From Bacteriovorax stolpii (GTDB lineage Bacteria > Bdellovibrionota > UBA1018), in assembly GCA_945860415.1 (NCBI GenBank), contig CAMAQA010000006.1, forward strand, positions 959-64,958: a DNA stretch of 64,000 nt. Direction: 5' to 3'. Below, in pieces: positions 8,806 to 18,321 of the stretch. A program made the position numbers and the translations under genes. The notes under the pieces were generated by a model that searched no databases, had not been told where the DNA came from, and saw nothing but the letters and a program-made list of their open reading frames with translations. Positions within the stretch are counted from its first letter, which is position 1. Every line of letters begins with the position of its first letter.

Positions 8806-8842
8806 TTCCTCAAGGGTAGGCACGCAAGAAGTCGAAGTCAAA

Positions 8843-9322
8843 TCAGCCGAGCAGTGCCTCGACCTGTTTCTCGAGTTTTTCAGGAGCGGTCTGCGGGGCA
8901 AAGCGCTCGACGACATTTCCCTGACGGTCGACGAGGAACTTCGTGAAGTTCCACTTGATGGCTTCCGTCCCGAAAAGCCCTTTTTCCTCGCTTTTGAGGT
9001 GCTGGAAAAGCGGATGGGCTCCGGGACCGTTGACCTCGATTTTCGACAACATCGGAAAGGTCACGTCATATTTGAGTTTGCAGAACTGCTGGATTTCCTT
9101 CTCGTCGCCGGGCTCTTGGGCGCCGAACTGATTGCACGGAAAGCCGAGAACGACGAGTCCACGATCCTTGTACTTGCGATGCAGTTTTTCCAGTCCGTCG
9201 TACTGCGGCGTGAATCCGCAGGCGCTCGCAACATTGACGATCAGCAACACCTTGCCTTGGTGCTGCTTCAACGATGTCAGATTTCCGTCGATGTCCTTCA
9301 GTTCAAAATCGTAGATCTGCAT
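8843..9322 (-). CDS. gpx: Glutathione peroxidase (BtuE-like)
   Basis: LLIVNVASACGFTPQY, LGFPCNQFGAQEPG and WNFTKFLV are GPx family motifs. Confidence 0.9.
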   Translation of the reverse strand: MQIYDFELKDIDGNLTSLKQHQGKVLLIVNVASACGFTPQYDGLEKLHRKYKDRGLVVLGFPCNQFGAQEPGDEKEIQQFCKLKYDVTFPMLSKIEVNGPGAHPLFQHLKSEEKGLFGTEAIKWNFTKFLVDRQGNVVERFAPQTAPEKLEKQVEALLG

Positions 9323-9342
9323 GTCCTCACCCTAGTGGATCC

Positions 9343-9399
9343 TCGTGAAGATTGACAAGGTTTCGCGCACACCGAACACTGATCTTTGGAGGAGTGCTC
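9343..9399 (+). promoter_or_regulatory. Divergent promoter region between gpx and the lipoprotein gene, with a TTGACA -35-like hexamer and a GGAGG RBS
   Basis: ATTGACAAGG at about 9343-9352. GGAGG at 9388-9392, 7 nt before the GTG at 9400. Confidence 0.25.
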
Positions 9400-10605
9400 G
9401 TGTCGAGATCGATCCTGCGTCACACCCTGATTCGTCCCGTCACGGCGGCGATCCTGCTCTCGAGCCTGCTCGCGTGCGGTGGTGGAACAGGAAACGTGGC
9501 TCTTCGCTTCATTCGCGTCACGTCGGAAGTTCCGATCATCGAAGACCCTCTTCCGGATCCGAGCGATACGCCGAGCGATACGCCAACTCCCGAACCGAGC
9601 GTCACTCCGACGCCCCTGCCCACACCGACCTTCAGCCCGCTGGAGCTGAGTTCGACCTTCTATTACGACTCGTTCAAGATTCCGGTTCGTGCCGTCGAGC
9701 TCGTCGGTTCGGCGGTTTCGTCCGAGGTCTACTATTGCGATGCCGATACGAACGATTCCTGCCTCGTCGAGTGGAACCAGGAAGTGGGGATGGACAGCCT
9801 CACTGGCCGAGCAATCGAAGTGGACGCTGGAACCTACCAGGAGATGGTAGTTCACACGTGCTTTGACGAGGGTTCCTACACCCTGACTGTCCAGGGTTCT
9901 GTAGATATCGGTCTAGCAACTTATGTCACGCAGAGCGACGGTGTGCCCGTGATCGATTCCTTTCCGCAGGAATCGAGAATCGAGGTGTCCTCGTGCCAGT
10001 ACACCATTCCGCTTCCGACACCCATCACCGTGGAGAAGGGCTCATCCACTTCGCTGAACGTCTTTTATGATCTCCGAAACATGGTCTGGATCGGCCTTCG
10101 TTCCTCCGCGCTTGCGTCGCAGACTCCTGCGCCCTGGAGCACTTCTGGATGTACTGGAAAGCTGAATGGCCAATATGATGTGGGCGCGGATGCCTATGTT
10201 TGTGCTTCCTTTCCGCTCCTTCATCCCAAGCTGGGCGATGCGCCGGTGCTCGAGCGATACCGAATCAATAATCGTGCGATCGTCGGCGTCTACTTCGAGG
10301 CCTCGGACTATTACGTCGGAACCAAGACACCGATCGGAGGCTACCTTCGCCGGTATTATGGTGCTGAAACCACGGCCGGAGCAGATTTCGGGTTTGATGT
10401 TCCCTTGAAGACGATCACGAAAAACATCGACGGAACCTATTCCATCGACAGCTACGGAGCCAGCGCCACTGGGGCGCCGTACTTCAGCTCACTCGACTTT
10501 CCAGGAGACCTCACGACAACGGACAAGCCGGTCGGCAGCGGCACCTTCATCGGAGTGCTCTCGGGTCCGACCAGCAATGCCTTTCTGGCCGAACGGCTCG
10601 AGTAG
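9400..10605 (+). CDS. Lipoprotein with a Pro/Thr-rich linker (hypothetical)
   Basis: GGAGG lies 7 nt before the GTG at 9400. Lipobox LLACGG. Linker PDPSDTPSDTPTPEPSVTPTPLPTPT. No domain recognised. Confidence 0.55.
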   Translation: MSRSILRHTLIRPVTAAILLSSLLACGGGTGNVALRFIRVTSEVPIIEDPLPDPSDTPSDTPTPEPSVTPTPLPTPTFSPLELSSTFYYDSFKIPVRAVELVGSAVSSEVYYCDADTNDSCLVEWNQEVGMDSLTGRAIEVDAGTYQEMVVHTCFDEGSYTLTVQGSVDIGLATYVTQSDGVPVIDSFPQESRIEVSSCQYTIPLPTPITVEKGSSTSLNVFYDLRNMVWIGLRSSALASQTPAPWSTSGCTGKLNGQYDVGADAYVCASFPLLHPKLGDAPVLERYRINNRAIVGVYFEASDYYVGTKTPIGGYLRRYYGAETTAGADFGFDVPLKTITKNIDGTYSIDSYGASATGAPYFSSLDFPGDLTTTDKPVGSGTFIGVLSGPTSNAFLAERLE

Positions 10606-10617
10606 TCGGCGCAGGTC

Positions 10618-13600
10618 CTACATGTTTCTGCGATACTGGCCGCCCACTTCAAAGAGGGCCTGGGTGATCTGGCCGAGCGAACAGACCTTCGTGGCCTGCA
10701 TGAGCTGGTCGAAGATGTTTCGCCCCTGGGCCGCCGCCGAGCGAAGCTCGATGAGCGATTGGCCACACTCCTCCGAGCGGAAGCGATGAAGCGCCTTCAG
10801 CATGGAGATCTGGTACTCCTTTTCGTCGTTGGTTGCTCGGATGACCTCGCGTGGAATCACCGTGGGTGAACCCTCCGACGAGAGGAATGTGTTCACGCCG
10901 ATGATCGGGTATTCGCCCGTGTGCTTGAGCATCTCGTAATGGAGCGACTCTTCCTGGATCTTGCCGCGCTGATACATCGTTTCCATCGCGCCCAGCACGC
11001 CACCGCGTTCGGTGATCCGGTCGAACTCCGCCATGACGGCCTGCTCGACGAGATCTGTGAGCTCCTCGATGATGAAGGATCCCTGGTTCGGGTTCTGGTT
11101 CTTGGCGAGGCCCAGCTCGTGGTTGATGATCAGCTGAATCGCCATCGCACGGCGCACAGAAGCCTCTGTCGGGGTCGTGATGGCCTCGTCATAGGCATTC
11201 GTGTGCAGCGAGTTGCAGTTGTCGTAGATGGCGTACAGGGCCTGCAGCGTCGTGCGGATGTCGTTGAAGTCGATCTCCTGGGCGTGGAGCGAACGTCCGG
11301 AGGTCTGGATATGGTACTTGAGCATCTGCGAGCGCGAGTCGGCACCATACTTGTGCTTGAGTGCCTTGGCCCAGATTCGTCGCGCCACGCGTCCGATGAC
11401 CGAGTACTCCGGATCGACGCCGTTCGAGAAGAAGAACGATAGGTTCGGCGCGAACTGGTTGATGTCCATGCCGCGCGAGACGTAGTACTCGACGAAGGTA
11501 AAGCCGTTGGCGAGGGTGAAGGCCAGCTGCGTGATCGGGTTCGCGCCGGCTTCGGCGATATGGTAGCCCGAGATCGACACCGAGTAGAAATTCTTGACCT
11601 GGCTTCGGATGAAGTAGTCCTGGATGTCGCCCATCATGCGCAGGGCAAACTCCGTCGAGAAGATGCAGGTGTTCTGGGCCTGGTCTTCCTTGAGGATGTC
11701 GGCCTGGACGGTGCCGCGCACCTGGCTCAGGGTGTGCGCCCGGATCTTTTCGTAGACATCCTTCGGCAAAACCTCGTCACCCGTCACTCCCAGCAGCATC
11801 AGTCCGAGGCCGTCATTTCCGGGGGGCAGCTCTCCCTGATACCGTGGGCGTGGCAGGCCCTTGGCCTGGAATAGCCCATCGATGCGCGCGTTCACTTCGT
11901 CCGTGAGACCGTTCTGGCGAATGTAGCGCTCGCACTGCTGGTCAATCGCGGCGTTCATGAAGAAGCCCACGAGCATCGGCGCGGGCCCGTTGATCGTCAT
12001 CGAGACCGAAGTCTTCGGGTCGCAGAGGTTGAAGCCCGAGTAGAGCTTCTTGGCGTCATCCAGGCAGCAGATGGATACGCCGGCGTTGCCGATCTTGCCG
12101 TAGATGTCCGGCCGTCGATCCGGGTCAAAGCCGTAAAGCGTGACCGAGTCAAAAGCGGTGGAGAGGCGCTTGGCTGGCATCGCGCGCGAGACGTAGTGGA
12201 AGCGTCGGTTCGTGCGCTCCGGGCCGCCTTCGCCAGCGAACATGCGCGTCGGGTCTTCTCCCTCGCGCTTGAACGGAAACACGCCGGCCGTGTACGGAAA
12301 TTCTCCCGGAACGTTCTCCTGAAGGCTCCAGCGCAGGATGTCTCCCCAGGCGCGGTAGCGGGGGAGGGACACCTTGGGAATCATCAGGTGCGACAGGGAT
12401 TTCGTGTGCGTCTCGACGCGAACATCCTTGCCGCGGACCTGGTAGATGAACACCGGATCGCGATAGGCCTTCACTTTTTCGGGCCATTTCGCGAGAAGGT
12501 TTCTGCATTCAGCATCGAGCTTCAGCTCGAGCTCGGAAGCCTGCTTCGCAAGGGCGTCGCGGGCTGGCTTCAGTTCAGCGCTCTCCGGAAGGACCGCCAG
12601 TGATTCACGAAGCGACTGAAGCTGGTGAGCGAGTTCCGCCTGTTTTGACGTCCACTCGTCGTAACGGCGGATGGTTTCGGTGATCTCCGAGAGGTAGCGC
12701 GTGCGCTCCGGCGGTATGATGTGGATCTTGCGCGACTCCTCGCGCGTGGCTGCCACGGATGAGGTGAACGGACTTCCGGTCTTGTTGACGATCGTGTCAA
12801 TGAGCGTCCGGTAGAGGCGGTTCATTCCAGGATCATTGAACTGCGAGGCGATGCTGCCGACCACCGGCAGGTCCTCATCGCTGCCTTCAAAGAGCTTGTG
12901 GTTGCGGCGGTACTGCTTGCGCACGTCGCGAAGCGCGTCCTGGCCTCCTCGCTTGTCGAACTTGTTGAGCGCGATCACGTCGGCAAAATCGAGCATGTCG
13001 ATTTTTTCGAGCTGGGTCGCGGCGCCATATTCCGGAGTCATCACGTAAAGCGACACATCCGAATGCTCAGTGATTTCGGTATCGCTCTGGCCGATGCCCG
13101 ACGTCTCGAGAACGATGAGATCGAAGCCTGCGGCCTGCGCGATGGTGAGCGCCTCCTTGACGTGCTTCGAGAGCGCAAGGTTCGCCTGGCGCGTGGCGAG
13201 CGAGCGCATGTACACGCCCTGGTGGTGGACGGAGTTCATGCGGATGCGATCGCCGAGGAGCGCGCCGCCGGTCTTTCGCTTCGAGGGGTCGACCGAGATG
13301 ACGGCAATGCTCTTGTTTGGAAAGTCCGTGATGAAACGACGGACGAATTCATCGATCAGCGAGGATTTTCCTGCGCCGCCAGTTCCGGTGATTCCGAGTA
13401 CGGGTGCCTTTTTTGTGCGCTTCTCCGCCGTCGCGTGAATGGCTCCGATCAGGCCCGTGTTCTGTTCTGGGGCATTTTCTGCGGCCGAGATGGCATTCCC
13501 GATGATGCGTGATTCGCGCGACTTCAGGCGCGATAGAAACTGATCCAGCTCCTTGCCGGACTGGGGCAGGCCCGAGCCCGTGGCGAAGTCGCTATTTTCG

Positions 13601-14028
13601 ATCAGGTGATTGATCATCCCCTGGAGGCCCATCGCGCGGCCATCATCGGGAGAGTAGATGCGGGTGACTCCCGCAGCATGAAGCTCCTCGATCTCCGAGG
13701 GCAGAATCACGCCGCCACCCCCGCCGAAGATTCGGATATGGCCGCAGCCGCGCTCTTTCAGCAGCTCGACCATGTACTTGAAGTACTCGACATGGCCGCC
13801 CTGATAGGAGGTCATGGCGATGGCCTGGGCGTCTTCCTGGATGGCGCAGTCCACTACCTCGGCAACCGAGCGGTTATGGCCCAGATGGATGACCTCGGCG
13901 CCGGTCGACTGCAGGATTCGCCGCATGATATTGATCGCGGCGTCGTGCCCGTCAAAGAGCGAGGCAGCCGTCACGATGCGGATCTTGTTTTTTGCCGGGT
14001 AAGCTGAGACTTCAGGGTTCTGAGCCAT
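10618..14028 (-). CDS. icmF: Fused isobutyryl-CoA mutase IcmF (B12-binding domain, MeaB-like GTPase, mutase catalytic domain)
   Basis: N-terminal B12-binding DGHDAAIN (DxHxxG) motif, P-loop [13 protein letters not shown]-terminal methylmalonyl/isobutyryl-CoA mutase TIM-barrel region; 1136 aa. Confidence 0.85.
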   Translation of the reverse strand: MAQNPEVSAYPAKNKIRIVTAASLFDGHDAAINIMRRILQSTGAEVIHLGHNRSVAEVVDCAIQEDAQAIAMTSYQGGHVEYFKYMVELLKERGCGHIRIFGGGGGVILPSEIEELHAAGVTRIYSPDDGRAMGLQGMINHLIENSDFATGSGLPQSGKELDQFLSRLKSRESRIIGNAISAAENAPEQNTGLIGAIHATAEKRTKKAPVLGITGTGGAGKSSLIDEFVRRFITDFPNKSIAVISVDPSKRKTGGALLGDRIRMNSVHHQGVYMRSLATRQANLALSKHVKEALTIAQAAGFDLIVLETSGIGQSDTEITEHSDVSLYVMTPEYGAATQLEKIDMLDFADVIALNKFDKRGGQDALRDVRKQYRRNHKLFEGSDEDLPVVGSIASQFNDPGMNRLYRTLIDTIVNKTGSPFTSSVAATREESRKIHIIPPERTRYLSEITETIRRYDEWTSKQAELAHQLQSLRESLAVLPESAELKPARDALAKQASELELKLDAECRNLLAKWPEKVKAYRDPVFIYQVRGKDVRVETHTKSLSHLMIPKVSLPRYRAWGDILRWSLQENVPGEFPYTAGVFPFKREGEDPTRMFAGEGGPERTNRRFHYVSRAMPAKRLSTAFDSVTLYGFDPDRRPDIYGKIGNAGVSICCLDDAKKLYSGFNLCDPKTSVSMTINGPAPMLVGFFMNAAIDQQCERYIRQNGLTDEVNARIDGLFQAKGLPRPRYQGELPPGNDGLGLMLLGVTGDEVLPKDVYEKIRAHTLSQVRGTVQADILKEDQAQNTCIFSTEFALRMMGDIQDYFIRSQVKNFYSVSISGYHIAEAGANPITQLAFTLANGFTFVEYYVSRGMDINQFAPNLSFFFSNGVDPEYSVIGRVARRIWAKALKHKYGADSRSQMLKYHIQTSGRSLHAQEIDFNDIRTTLQALYAIYDNCNSLHTNAYDEAITTPTEASVRRAMAIQLIINHELGLAKNQNPNQGSFIIEELTDLVEQAVMAEFDRITERGGVLGAMETMYQRGKIQEESLHYEMLKHTGEYPIIGVNTFLSSEGSPTVIPREVIRATNDEKEYQISMLKALHRFRSEECGQSLIELRSAAAQGRNIFDQLMQATKVCSLGQITQALFEVGGQYRRNM

Positions 14029-14266
14029 GACGACCGACGTACCAAAAAACCAGCAAAACAGCGAGCATAGCGAAATCGCGGCCCTTCACGAAGTGGCCTG
14101 TCGAAAGGGCGAGCGCTTTTACCTGGATCCCGCCACCCAGTATTGGGTGACCACACGCTGTGCCCACCTGGAGCGCGGGTATTGCTGTGGAAATGGCTGC
14201 CGTCACTGTCCCTGGAACCACGAGGCTGTCCGCAATCCCTCGGCAGGCCGGATCGGTCGCAAGTGA
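14027..14266 (+). CDS. Small Cys-rich protein ([10 protein letters not shown] motif, DUF5522-like)
   Basis: 79 aa with ...[36 protein letters not shown]. Its start overlaps the icmF start divergently. Its stop is 7 nt before the next start. Confidence 0.5.
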   Translation: MTTDVPKNQQNSEHSEIAALHEVACRKGERFYLDPATQYWVTTRCAHLERGYCCGNGCRHCPWNHEAVRNPSAGRIGRK

Positions 14267-14273
14267 GTGGCGG

Positions 14274-15083
14274 ATGAGCACCAGACCCATCAGCGACATG
14301 CTGGGGCGGTCGCTGACTGTTCCCATTCAGCCCGCCCGGATCGTTTCTCTGTGTCCCTCTCAGACCGAAACGCTTTTTGACCTTGGCCTGGGGGCTCGGG
14401 TAGTGGGGTCCACCCGATATTGCATCCATCCTGCGCCTGCCGTGACCGCCACGGTCCGGGTAGGGGGTACCAAGAAGGTGGATCTGGAATTGGTCCGCGG
14501 GCTTCGTCCGGATCTGATCATTGCGGAAAAGGAAGAGAACCCTCGCGAGATGGTGGACGCTCTCTCGGAAATCAGCCCGGTCTACGTCACCGATGTCGTG
14601 GATCAGGGCAGTGCGTTTGAGATGATCCGTAAAGTGGGAAGCCTCACCGGCACTTCGGAGTGTGCGACTCGGCTGGTGTCGCAGATCGAAACCGACTGGA
14701 ACGAGATGCCGCAATTCTCGAGAAAGTTGCGCACTGGTTACCTGATCTGGCGCAAGCCGTGGATGGCGGCTGGAGCCACGACCTACATCGATGATTTGCT
14801 TCGGACGGTAGGACTCGACAATGTTTTTTCTTCCGGTAAGCCCTCGGGCAAGCGTTACCCGGACTTCTCGATCGAAGAGCTCATCGAGCGCCAGCCGGAG
14901 CTCGTGCTGCTGTCCTCCGAACCGTACCCTTTTCAGGCGAGGCATGTGGAGGAGCTTCAGGCCGCTCTTCCCGGGGCGCAGATCCTGCTCACCGACGGTG
15001 AGCCCTGGTCCTGGTACGGAAGCCGAATGCGGCTTTTTCCCAAGCTGATTCGCGACTTGCATGCACAAATCAAAACTTCCTGA
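14274..15083 (+). CDS. BtuF-like cobalamin/siderophore-type substrate-binding protein (helical-backbone PBP fold) with no recognisable signal peptide
   Basis: ARIVSLCPSQTETLFDLGLGARVVGSTRYC...VGGTKKVDLELVRGLRPDLIIAEKE... matches the BtuF/FhuD family pattern. The N-terminus MSTRPISDMLGRSLTVPIQ has no hydrophobic h-region. Confidence 0.65.
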   Translation: MSTRPISDMLGRSLTVPIQPARIVSLCPSQTETLFDLGLGARVVGSTRYCIHPAPAVTATVRVGGTKKVDLELVRGLRPDLIIAEKEENPREMVDALSEISPVYVTDVVDQGSAFEMIRKVGSLTGTSECATRLVSQIETDWNEMPQFSRKLRTGYLIWRKPWMAAGATTYIDDLLRTVGLDNVFSSGKPSGKRYPDFSIEELIERQPELVLLSSEPYPFQARHVEELQAALPGAQILLTDGEPWSWYGSRMRLFPKLIRDLHAQIKTS

Positions 15084-15139
15084 ATTGTGTCCGATGCGAC
15101 GCATTGAGGATCGACGGAATTCTGCCGATACGCCTCCAG

Positions 15140-16492
15140 ATGAGCTTCATCGTGCGACATCTGTTCATAGGGATTCTGATTTCGGGCTTTATCTGGACGC
15201 CTTTCGTCGCAGCGGCCACCCCGTTCTGCGCAAAGTACTTCGAGGCGCTTTATGACGAGCCCGTGCCGGCGTTGGCGCTGTATCGACGCTCGGGACTGCG
15301 CGGGTTGGATCGATCAGCTATCCTGGCCGTGGACGCCCACCTTCGGGCGATTCGACTGTCGCAGTACGAAGACAAGTTGCTGCTGAAGAGTGATGTTCAG
15401 GCGCTGCTTGAGATCCAGTGCCTCAGGACCAAGTCCAACTGCAATGAGCTCGTGAAGTGGTGGTCGAGGAATTCCTCACAATACGTCGACAGCCCCCAGT
15501 TTCTCGAGATTTTTGCGAACCCAAAGACGACTCTTCGTGACTTCTCGGAGCTGGCCTCGAGCCAGTTCTACCTCCAGGTGGGAAAGACCAAGGGGAGTGC
15601 GTGGAGGGAGAAGTTCGCCGTTTTCTTCAGCCCTCGAGCGATTGTTGCAACGGTTTCCGCCATTGGCGTGTCCATCGGGGTAAAGGTGCTTGCGACGCTT
15701 TATAATGCCGCCACCCTCGGCACCATGATGAAGCTCTGGAATGCGTACACGGATGCCGCAGTGGCGCCGATCGAGGCGCACCTGAAGCAGCAGGGTACGA
15801 AAGACCTCGCTGGTGTCTCCAACCACATTCAAGAGTGGCTGATTCATCGCGCTGGTGCCCAGCAGCAGCTTGCTGATCTCAAGTCCAAGCTGAACGACAC
15901 TGAGCGCCGGCTGAGCCAGGGAGTGCTTTCAAGCGAAGAGGCCAAGAGGCTCTGGGAGGAGTTTCAGGGCTACTTTTATGGCAAGTTCATGGCTTTCAAT
16001 CAGAGCCTGCCGGGCAACATGCGTGAGGGCCGGGCATTCATCTATTCGACGGAGTTTTCGGAGCCCATGTCCATCGCCAACTTCATCTCAGGGCGACATG
16101 AAAGCTATCGTGAAGGCGTGAGGCTGGTGCGTTCGCTCGAGGAAAAAGTGCTGTCGGGTTCCGCCACGGCCGTCGATCTCGAAGATTTGGAAGGCCAGAA
16201 GCGCTATCTCGAAATCCAGAAGAAGCAGATTGCTGCAGGACTAGCCGTGTTCATGATCCGAAAATACATGTACCGCGATGACGTGTATCGCACCGTTTTC
16301 GATGCCAACAAGCAGCTCGTGATCAAGCTTGACGAACTCCAGCACGATCTGGTCGAGGCCTTTGGCATCCAGTACTTCATGTCCGAGTTCATCGAGCAGC
16401 TCAAGGATGTCTTTCGCCAATATGAGCTGATCTTCCAGGCTGCCGACATCCAGGCGCATCTGGAGCTGCCGGGCGCCAAGCCAGACCGATGA
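15140..16492 (+). CDS. Hypothetical secreted protein (about 450 aa)
   Basis: Signal peptide MSFIVRHLFIGILISGFIWTPFVAAA. No motif recognised. Confidence 0.5.
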   Translation: MSFIVRHLFIGILISGFIWTPFVAAATPFCAKYFEALYDEPVPALALYRRSGLRGLDRSAILAVDAHLRAIRLSQYEDKLLLKSDVQALLEIQCLRTKSNCNELVKWWSRNSSQYVDSPQFLEIFANPKTTLRDFSELASSQFYLQVGKTKGSAWREKFAVFFSPRAIVATVSAIGVSIGVKVLATLYNAATLGTMMKLWNAYTDAAVAPIEAHLKQQGTKDLAGVSNHIQEWLIHRAGAQQQLADLKSKLNDTERRLSQGVLSSEEAKRLWEEFQGYFYGKFMAFNQSLPGNMREGRAFIYSTEFSEPMSIANFISGRHESYREGVRLVRSLEEKVLSGSATAVDLEDLEGQKRYLEIQKKQIAAGLAVFMIRKYMYRDDVYRTVFDANKQLVIKLDELQHDLVEAFGIQYFMSEFIEQLKDVFRQYELIFQAADIQAHLELPGAKPDR

Positions 16493-16501
16493 TGGTGATA
16501 T

Positions 16502-18187
16502 TCAGTTCGCGGCCATCTGCAGAAGCTCGGCTGCGTTTTCGAGGCTCTTCTTCGTCAGCACCGCGCCGCCGAGCATTCGTGCCAGCTCTTCCTTGCGGTC
16601 CTTTTTTCCGAGCTCGAGCACTTCGGTGATCGTGCGCTTGCCCTGGGCACTTTTTCGGACGACGAGGTGATGGTCGCCAAACGATGCCACCTGGGGCAGG
16701 TGGGTGATGCAGAGGACCTGGTTGTGCGAAGCGACGGCCTTGAGCTTTCGTCCGACTTGGAAAGCCGTGTGGCCGCCCATTCCTGCATCAATTTCGTCGA
16801 ACAAGTATACGCCAATGCCTCCGCGATCCGAGATCACGCGCCGAATCGAGAGCAGGATTCGCGACAGTTCTCCGCCCGACGCGATCTTTCCGATCGGATG
16901 CGCGGTTTCACCACGATTCGTTCGCACCACGAACTCGATGTCATCGGCGCCCAGCGACGTGTACTTTTCGAGGTCATCGTCCGCAGGAGTGAGCCAGATC
17001 AGGAATTCGGCATCCGCCATGTTGAGCTCGCGAAGTTCAGTCGTGACTGTGGCGGCGAGACGGGTCGAGGCCTTGGTGCGACCCTGGGAGAGCTTCGTTG
17101 CAATCGCACGGAGCTGAGTCGATTGGGATTCCAGCAGCTTCTGGATCTCCTCAATCCGCTCCTCGCTTCGCGAGAGCTCCTGGAACTCTGATTCGAGCCT
17201 CCCCTGCATCTCGAGCATTTGCGTGGTGTCATCGCCGTACTTTCGGCGCAGGTCAGCCAGCAGCGAGAGGCGCTCAAGGACCTGCTCGAGGCGATCCGGA
17301 TCCAGGTCGACGGATTTCGAATAGCGGTGCAGCGAGAGCGAGGTGTCTTCCACTTCTGCCAGGGCGCGCTCGAGTGATTCCTGAAGCGGCTTCACCCGTT
17401 CATCGAGCTGCGAGAGGTCTCCCATCTTCTGGATCGCGAGCTGAAGCAGTTGAAGCACGTTTCCGTCTTCTCCCTCCTCAAGCAGTCCACGAAGCTGATC
17501 GAGCGACTGGAGTCGACCCTGGGCCGATTGAAGGAGGATCTTTTCCTGCTGCAGTCCTGCCTCTTCTCCGGGCTTTAGGCTGGCGGCCTGGAGTTCTTCG
17601 ATCTGAAAGCTGAGAAAATCGAGCCGCTTGAGTCGGGCGGATTCATCCTGCGACAGCCTTTCGGACTCGAGCTTTAGATTTCGGACCTTCTCGAACGACT
17701 CTCGGTACTTCGCGCGCAGATCATCGAGCTTGCCGTAGCGATCGAGGAGTTCGATCTGGGTGGAGGTTTTGAGCAGCGACTGATGCTCATGCTGGCTGCA
17801 GAGATCGACGAGCCCCACGCAGAGGCTTTGGAGGTTGCCGAGGGTCGCGAGCTCTCCATTGATGGTGATCCGGTGGCGCCCGGCGTGGTGGACGGTGCGC
17901 TTGATCAGAAGCTGCCCGTCTTCGCCCGCATTCAGTCCGAGATCCGCGAGGCGCTGGCGTATTTGCGGTAGCGAAGCGAGGTCAAAGACACCTTCGACGA
18001 CGGCTTCGTCACATCCCGTTCGGATGAGCGAGCTCGTGGCCCGGCTTCCGAGCAGCAGCGAGATGGCTTCGATGACGATGGATTTGCCTGCACCGGTTTC
18101 GCCAGAGAGGACATTCAATCCTGGCTTGAACGGAATTTCCGCCGCATCAATCACGGCGAGGTTCCGGATTTTCAGGGTTTCGAGCAT
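16502..18187 (-). CDS. recN: DNA repair protein RecN
   Basis: N-terminal Walker A (LSGETGAGKSIVIEAISLLLG), long coiled coil, C-terminal SMC-like signature; 561 aa. nadK sits upstream, as in many bacteria. Confidence 0.9.
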   Translation of the reverse strand: MLETLKIRNLAVIDAAEIPFKPGLNVLSGETGAGKSIVIEAISLLLGSRATSSLIRTGCDEAVVEGVFDLASLPQIRQRLADLGLNAGEDGQLLIKRTVHHAGRHRITINGELATLGNLQSLCVGLVDLCSQHEHQSLLKTSTQIELLDRYGKLDDLRAKYRESFEKVRNLKLESERLSQDESARLKRLDFLSFQIEELQAASLKPGEEAGLQQEKILLQSAQGRLQSLDQLRGLLEEGEDGNVLQLLQLAIQKMGDLSQLDERVKPLQESLERALAEVEDTSLSLHRYSKSVDLDPDRLEQVLERLSLLADLRRKYGDDTTQMLEMQGRLESEFQELSRSEERIEEIQKLLESQSTQLRAIATKLSQGRTKASTRLAATVTTELRELNMADAEFLIWLTPADDDLEKYTSLGADDIEFVVRTNRGETAHPIGKIASGGELSRILLSIRRVISDRGGIGVYLFDEIDAGMGGHTAFQVGRKLKAVASHNQVLCITHLPQVASFGDHHLVVRKSAQGKRTITEVLELGKKDRKEELARMLGGAVLTKKSLENAAELLQMAAN

Positions 18188-18321
18188 GGGCGTCTCCTCT
18201 TTTCGGTGAACCGCAATTCCAGCGCCGTGCCAGCAGCCTAAATGCTGGACTTACGGCTGACTTACGGTATTTCAGAAATGAGGGTTTCTGGCAAGGGTCG
18301 ACCGAGGAATGTGCCGTGGAA

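Noticed and set aside
10921-13512. Several plus-strand ORFs of 70-204 aa inside icmF
   Set aside because: They are antisense to the B12-binding, GTPase and mutase domains of IcmF and have no independent signals.
14160-14273. N-terminal extension of the BtuF-like ORF (the track start at 14160), which might have supplied a signal peptide
   Set aside because: The extension overlaps the Cys-rich small ORF in another frame for about 100 nt. It is not signal-peptide-like (it contains an acidic residue and no h-region). The ATG at 14274 follows the upstream stop by 7 nt.
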